Source of the DNA: a virus
Lineage: Duplodnaviria; Caudoviricetes
Strand: one strand, 5' to 3'
DNA: 64,000 nucleotides
IMG/VR virus record: IMGVR_UViG_3300043104_000334
This document shows, piece by piece, positions 59,091 to 64,000 of this stretch. Both the position numbers and the translations under genes were made by a program. The notes below the pieces were generated by a model. That model saw nothing but the letters and a program-made list of their open reading frames with translations. It was not told where the DNA came from and made no database searches. Every line of letters begins with the position of its first letter. Position 1 is the first letter of the stretch.

Positions 59091-59872
59091 CTATCAATAC
59101 CTCTTATAATCTTTCTATTTGGAGCATCAAACAGGAACTGCATGATCTCCAACATTGGTACACGGAAGTTAACGAGTTCATAATCACCAACAATGATGTT
59201 GTAAGCAGCCTTGTCAAGCTCACCATTGTAAGCCAGCTTTGCAAGCGCAGAACTACGCGGGAACTTGTAAAGGTTCTGCACAGAGACTTTCATTTGATCT
59301 GCCAGTCTCTTATCGGATGATACAGTTGCATCATGCTTTGACACAACAATAGCCCGGTTATACTTGAATGCCGGATTCTTCAACTTGCTTATTGTTTCAT
59401 TGAGCTTCCTTATTCCACGTGGCGATTGCTCCATAAGAAGCAAACAGCAATCACAGATACCGAGTACCCTCTCATTAAGCTCTGAGTTTATATCACCCGA
59501 AATCTCAATAAGAGTCAGGTCGACCGGAACCTTTTCGATTGCATCAATAAGGAAGTCCTCTTTCTCATTTTGTGCCATAGTTGAATTGAGTATGTCATAT
59601 ATAAAGACATGCTCATCCCCCGCCTGAACTCCATAGTTAAGGAGCTCTTTTGCATCATCATTGGAATTCTCGACCATAGCCTTGAGCATATAAGGGCTAT
59701 CAAGAACATCATTGGTCGCATAATTCGTAATCAACTCAATAATGTCCTTTGCATCACCGGTTGAGAAAACTGCGACATCTCTGCCCTGCGAACGTGAGTA
59801 TACACCACCAAGCGTTTCAATGAACGTTGACTTACCGCACGTCGGTACCACTGATATCACTGCTACTTTCAT
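59078..59872 (-). CDS. CpaE/TadZ-like ParA/MinD-family ATPase
   Basis: VAVISVVPTCGKST deviant Walker A; directly upstream of cpaF. Confidence 0.7.
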   Translation of the reverse strand: MKVAVISVVPTCGKSTFIETLGGVYSRSQGRDVAVFSTGDAKDIIELITNYATNDVLDSPYMLKAMVENSNDDAKELLNYGVQAGDEHVFIYDILNSTMAQNEKEDFLIDAIEKVPVDLTLIEISGDINSELNERVLGICDCCLLLMEQSPRGIRKLNETISKLKNPAFKYNRAIVVSKHDATVSSDKRLADQMKVSVQNLYKFPRSSALAKLAYNGELDKAAYNIIVGDYELVNFRVPMLEIMQFLFDAPNRKIIRGIDRWYK

Positions 59873-60575
59873 CTTTCACTCGTGCTCCTTTCGTAAACAT
59901 TCTTTCATCGATTGATAGGTAAGCACCAAAGAGTTTGTAAAGCTCCTTGATAAGCCCATCATCCGGTACCGGCATAATATGCCGAGATTCCATGCTCTCG
60001 ATGATCTCGAAAGACGGGAACTTGCACCATTTTGTCTTCTTATCATTCAACACTTCCTGAAGCACATCTTCATCCGTCTTCTCGACATGCCACTTGTTGA
60101 ATTCTCTGTCAGAAGCTTCCTGCTTCTCTTCTTCCTCTTCAGCGGGAGCATCTTTCGCTTTGGTTGACTTCTTGTTAGATTTCTCCTTAACCATCGGAGC
60201 AGGCGAACCAAACTTGATAATATTGGTCTTTTCATCCTGAATGATGTAGAGCAAGTCCTGCACATAGGACTCAGATATCCTGTTAGTAAGAATACATAAC
60301 AACATATCATAATCCGTAGCACCAACGTTATCATAAATAACGAAGTCATACTTAAGTGCGTCATAGCCGTCTGATGCTTTCATAGCATCAAGATCAGCTT
60401 CCGGATTGATAATAATCCGTACATTTCTGAATCCACCCTCAAGATCATTCTCAATCAGCCGAGAGAAATATTTGTTTGATGTATACACAGCTACCGTACC
60501 GTAATTGTAGAGAACCTTAATGAGAGGATAGATAATGATACGGGAATCTGTTTCTGATTTAATAGCAATCTGCAT
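59832..60575 (-). CDS. Tad-locus hypothetical protein (degenerate P-loop-like)
   Basis: Between cpaB and cpaE; YDFVIYD strand. Confidence 0.6.
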   Translation of the reverse strand: MQIAIKSETDSRIIIYPLIKVLYNYGTVAVYTSNKYFSRLIENDLEGGFRNVRIIINPEADLDAMKASDGYDALKYDFVIYDNVGATDYDMLLCILTNRISESYVQDLLYIIQDEKTNIIKFGSPAPMVKEKSNKKSTKAKDAPAEEEEEKQEASDREFNKWHVEKTDEDVLQEVLNDKKTKWCKFPSFEIIESMESRHIMPVPDDGLIKELYKLFGAYLSIDERMFTKGARVKDESSSDISGTDVR

Positions 60576-61612
60576 TATTGAATCGCCTCCAAGTCTTCAA
60601 CAGACTCTTCTAATGAATCTACAGCTTCTCCAGTTGCTGCATCCAAAGAAGTATCTGTGTCATATGTTGATGTGTCAGTAGTGCTACTTGTAGTTCCACT
60701 CTCTCCTACTACATTACCGTCTTCGTCAGTATGTTCTGCAACCCAAGCGGACTGCGCGGCAAGCTGTCCAGACAGCTGTGTTCTGATTCCTGAAATGAAG
60801 CTTGACGCAACACTGCTGTTATTACTGTCAGAATATAAGAGAAGAACCTGATCGATATGGCTGCGGAATGTTTCATTAATACATCTTGTTACATCCGTAA
60901 TGTTAGGGTTGAACCGAACATAATCTTCCATATCACTCTGAATAGGATAAAATGCAATAGTATCACTATTACCCGGCTCAAGATACTTTGTAACATACGC
61001 AACAGTAGTGGAAGGGTACGTAGCCAAATCCTGCAGTAAGGACATGAGAATTACATTCTCTTCCTCTGATACAAACAATGTAATTGTTGTACTGTTATAT
61101 AGCCGCATAATCTTTTTATGGCTTAAAACAATAAGTTCTTCACCATCAGGCAACATATAACGAATATCAATATAGTCGCCTACAACAGTACTTACCGGCA
61201 TGGATTCAAGCGTAAGCTCGAATGGGAACTTTGCAGTACCATCTTCATCATCTTCATCCATAAGCATGTCGAGCGATAGAATTGTTCCCGGCTGGATATC
61301 GACCTTGTAACTTTTGCCAACAAGCTGCGTAATATCGGTTACAGATGAGTCAGCAAGAGTAGAAGCAGGAATTGACACTGCCACCAAATCACCCTCAAGA
61401 ATCTCATTTCCGGAGTAAACCTTTTTGGTTACCTCATACACATCAACCATCGCACCGATTGCGTTAAGCTGAGCCTGCACCTGAGCATTCTGTGCCGCAA
61501 GCTGCTCATTCGTTGAAATCTGATTTTTATTCTGCTTATAGAAGTATATTGTTCCGGTAGCACCGAGTCCAATAACCAAGATAAACAAAATGATAATAAT
61601 CACTTTTTTCAT
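60575..61612 (-). CDS. SAF-domain CpaB/RcpC-like pilus assembly protein
   Basis: TM, then SAF (VYSGNEILEGDL...LVGKSYKVDIQPGTIL), then VGDYIDIR...IVLSHKKI. Confidence 0.8.
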   Translation of the reverse strand: MKKVIIIILFILVIGLGATGTIYFYKQNKNQISTNEQLAAQNAQVQAQLNAIGAMVDVYEVTKKVYSGNEILEGDLVAVSIPASTLADSSVTDITQLVGKSYKVDIQPGTILSLDMLMDEDDEDGTAKFPFELTLESMPVSTVVGDYIDIRYMLPDGEELIVLSHKKIMRLYNSTTITLFVSEEENVILMSLLQDLATYPSTTVAYVTKYLEPGNSDTIAFYPIQSDMEDYVRFNPNITDVTRCINETFRSHIDQVLLLYSDSNNSSVASSFISGIRTQLSGQLAAQSAWVAEHTDEDGNVVGESGTTSSTTDTSTYDTDTSLDAATGEAVDSLEESVEDLEAIQ

Positions 61613-61874
61613 TGTTTGATTGAAACCTCTCTTTCTATTTGCTTGGCTTTATTTAACCTTGTTAGGTATTTCATAATGCATTAAAGCATTACGTACGTAA
61701 TAATATAAAGAACATAAGAATTGCAACGACTATGTAAGACACTACTGTCTTATTTTTTATCTTATGCCCCTTTAATATAAATACAATCATAAAGCATAAG
61801 ACAGCTAACGGCATTGCACTTCCAATGTAGTGGAGTATCATCCATACAATATCTTTCATAGATAACCTCCCACA

Positions 61875-62462
61875 TTAAAGATACACAGTTCTTGTCTGGT
61901 CGTCCTCATTTTCGTCCTTTGAATGTTCATCTTTCCATTCATCAACAAGCATATCCATGTGTAACCAATCATGGAACTGTCCGTTATGAAAACCGTGACC
62001 ACGGTATCTTCCTGATATGGTAAAGCCACATTTTTCATAGCAATGCACAGCAGCTTTGTTTGTTTCGAGAACATCAAGATGAACACTGTGAACACCAAGC
62101 TCGTCAAAGCAGTATTTGCACATAAGCTCGATTACTTCTTTACCAAGACCAAGATGTCTGTAGACCGACTCACCTATGTTTATGGATAACCACGCAGCAA
62201 AATCTTTTGCTCTATGATCGATATGACAATACCCAATCATAGTGTCATTATCCTTAAACACGATACCCATACGCAGAACAGAATCATCATGTACCCAGCC
62301 AGGCATGCGTGTAATGTCAACTACCTTGTTGTTTTTCTCAAGGTTTACCACGGTAGCTTCTTCAGACATCCACTCAACATACTTCATAATGGCTTCATCA
62401 TCATCACGAAGAATTGAGAGATAAACCCTGTCACCGTTTATTCTACAAATATTCTTATCCAT
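61875..62462 (-). CDS. RimJ/RimL-family GNAT acetyltransferase
   Basis: INGDRVYLS, IGE..YRHLGLGKE, NKAAVHCYEKCGF; likely start MDKN at 62462. Confidence 0.85.
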   Translation of the reverse strand: MDKNICRINGDRVYLSILRDDDEAIMKYVEWMSEEATVVNLEKNNKVVDITRMPGWVHDDSVLRMGIVFKDNDTMIGYCHIDHRAKDFAAWLSINIGESVYRHLGLGKEVIELMCKYCFDELGVHSVHLDVLETNKAAVHCYEKCGFTISGRYRGHGFHNGQFHDWLHMDMLVDEWKDEHSKDENEDDQTRTVYL

Positions 62463-62463
62463 G

Positions 62464-62982
62464 TTATTTCGCTCCCCATCTGAAGTATTCCTTACCACCG
62501 ATAATGACCTGCTTTGAATCTGTATATTTATGAAAATAAGGAATATCAGCTTCAGTAGGGATATCCGTGAATAAAGTGTAGTCTGAGTATCTACCTGCAA
62601 CCTCGTTTATGAGTTTGTATGTATTGCTCGACATATGACCATCAGCCGGGCCAACAGCACACATAAACAATACATTTCTCACTTCCCTGTCAATAACAGG
62701 TTTAAGGAATGCGATGATACAGTCAAAGTAATGATGATACTCAGCCGGATGCTCTTTCTCAAACTTTGCAAGGTCAACCATAACAAGATAATCATTTTTA
62801 AGCTTGTAACTGTGGCCCTGCTCAATTATGAGTCTAGTATCCTCAGTGAACGCTGATATATACATGCTAGCAGCATTTTCTGTGTTAAACATGCTTGTGT
62901 ATAATCTGCTAGTGCTGTAGTACTCAGCAATACTCTGCATCGCCTTACTAACATCTGACTCACTCATCTGTTTAATTCCCAT
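62464..62982 (-). CDS. Hypothetical protein (possible degenerate GNAT fold)
   Basis: 172 aa adjacent to the GNAT gene; fold call is weak. Confidence 0.6.
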   Translation of the reverse strand: MGIKQMSESDVSKAMQSIAEYYSTSRLYTSMFNTENAASMYISAFTEDTRLIIEQGHSYKLKNDYLVMVDLAKFEKEHPAEYHHYFDCIIAFLKPVIDREVRNVLFMCAVGPADGHMSSNTYKLINEVAGRYSDYTLFTDIPTEADIPYFHKYTDSKQVIIGGKEYFRWGAK

Positions 62983-63874
62983 TGTTAGCCCTCCTCACTA
63001 CTAGTACGATTATCTCATCCTCCGTACGATTATAAGTACACTGGTTGGAAAACCGTAACCTGTTACTGTATATCCAATCCAATGGAATTACAGTAGTCTT
63101 TACCTTTAATATACCCATTCCACCCTCTTCAATGCTATTAGCAATTGTATCAAGGTTATGCTCAAGAGTGTCACTGTTATCTATGACAAACTCTTTTACA
63201 TTATCAGGAATAGGCGTTCTCACTGGCACGAGCATTGTATCATACTCATACTTTGCTGGTGCTGTTGCCTTAAGTTCATACACAATCTTTACACCACTCG
63301 TCTTAAAGATAAATTTGTAAAGATAAGTATAAATGCACACAGCATCTGTAACGTCATCCTTACGACCTGACCACCTGTTATTTAGGTCATCAAACCAATC
63401 CTTAGAACCTTTATGGTGTGTTTGTTTACGGTACTCTTCCGGTAGGATATGAGACTTCCATTCCCAGTTATTTATTCGCTTTGGTCTAACACCAAATGAA
63501 TCCTCAAATAGGAATATGAAATTATCGAAGATAGCCGTTATCTTATAACGACTCTCATGATAGTTTAATCCTCCGGATTTACCATTCTTACTGGTTTCAC
63601 TTTTCTTTGTGATGATGTCTTCAATACCCACCATCAAAATCTCGGCACCCTGAAATAGGGAACGAAGCTGTTTACGTGCAACAGCACATAAGTCATACAC
63701 GTCTGTCTCTGAGCCTTTACCAGATATCTCATAATCATCTAAGACATTACCATTGACATCTCCGACCACTATAGCAGAATTTGACTTTGACGAATCGATT
63801 GCAATGAGAATCTTCTTCCCACCATAAGATGGCATATATTCGTCAACTTCATATCCATTCTTAAAAATATGCAT
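62972..63874 (-). CDS. RuvC-like Holliday junction resolvase with C-terminal extension
   Basis: ILIAIDSSKSNSAIVV (first Asp), VGIED (Glu), NWEWKSHI, DDVTDAVCI. Confidence 0.75.
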   Translation of the reverse strand: MHIFKNGYEVDEYMPSYGGKKILIAIDSSKSNSAIVVGDVNGNVLDDYEISGKGSETDVYDLCAVARKQLRSLFQGAEILMVGIEDIITKKSETSKNGKSGGLNYHESRYKITAIFDNFIFLFEDSFGVRPKRINNWEWKSHILPEEYRKQTHHKGSKDWFDDLNNRWSGRKDDVTDAVCIYTYLYKFIFKTSGVKIVYELKATAPAKYEYDTMLVPVRTPIPDNVKEFVIDNSDTLEHNLDTIANSIEEGGMGILKVKTTVIPLDWIYSNRLRFSNQCTYNRTEDEIIVLVVRRANNGN

Positions 63875-63895
63875 ATAGGCACCTCATACTTAATT

Positions 63896-64000
63896 TTATT
63901 TCTTTAATTCTGAACGAACTCTCATAAGGATGTCTCCTAGGAATTCATCAGTAATCTCAGAATTACCAGTACTCAAAAGCTTTTTAGCTATACATTCATT
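63896..64000 (-). CDS. 3' end of a probable NADAR/YbiA-like protein (partial)
   Basis: ...KKLLSTGNSEITDEFLGDILMRVRSELKK* resembles the NADAR C-terminus LL.TG...LG..LM.VR..L. Confidence 0.5.
   Translation of the reverse strand, partial: NECIAKKLLSTGNSEITDEFLGDILMRVRSELKK

Noticed and set aside
181-63370. Plus-strand ORFs and short nested minus-strand ORFs in the track
   Set aside because: They are shadows of longer minus-strand genes that have RBSs and motifs; no recognisable motifs of their own
1-64000. Alternative genetic code as in some gut megaphages
   Set aside because: Long genes are open in code 11, and TAG and TGA act as true stops before hairpins or next starts (e.g. 49081, 33335)
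1-64000. CRISPR array, IS/transposase, integrase, rRNA, intron or intein
   Set aside because: No regularly spaced repeats or diagnostic motifs seen; polymerase and RNAP genes are uninterrupted

Overview
This 64-kb, AT-rich window has essentially every real gene on the minus strand, densely packed with Firmicutes-type Shine-Dalgarno sites and standard code 11. It does not look like a normal bacterial chromosome, and no virion genes are recognisable. It is most consistent with part of a giant, self-transcribing extrachromosomal element (megaplasmid- or jumbo-phage-like) of a Clostridia/Lachnospiraceae-type host. It encodes a very divergent bacterial-type RNA polymerase: unsplit beta (34080-38117), unsplit beta' (28680-32489) and, between them, a probable alpha subunit lacking the CTD (32493-33338). 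By eye this enzyme has lost the beta' N-terminal Zn finger and the beta flap tip. It also carries substitutions at the sigma70-binding clamp helices, the rifampicin pocket and the trigger-loop His. A 13-bp -10-only promoter-like motif (ACATATATAATTG) recurs upstream of operons, and the operon-end hairpins lack U-tracts. Other genes: family A DNA polymerase; an NAD-dependent ligase split into two genes about 13 kb apart; HolA-like, SSB-like and RuvC-like proteins; a lidless mini-Hsp70; peptide deformylase; M23 peptidase; an FtsK/EssC-like ATPase; tRNA-Ile2(CAU). There is also a Firmicutes-type Tad pilus locus (CpaB, ParA/CpaE-like, CpaF, fused TadB/C, six pilin-like genes and a 2455-aa adhesin) interrupted by a block of small genes. 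All family assignments are from motif recognition by eye; no searches were run.
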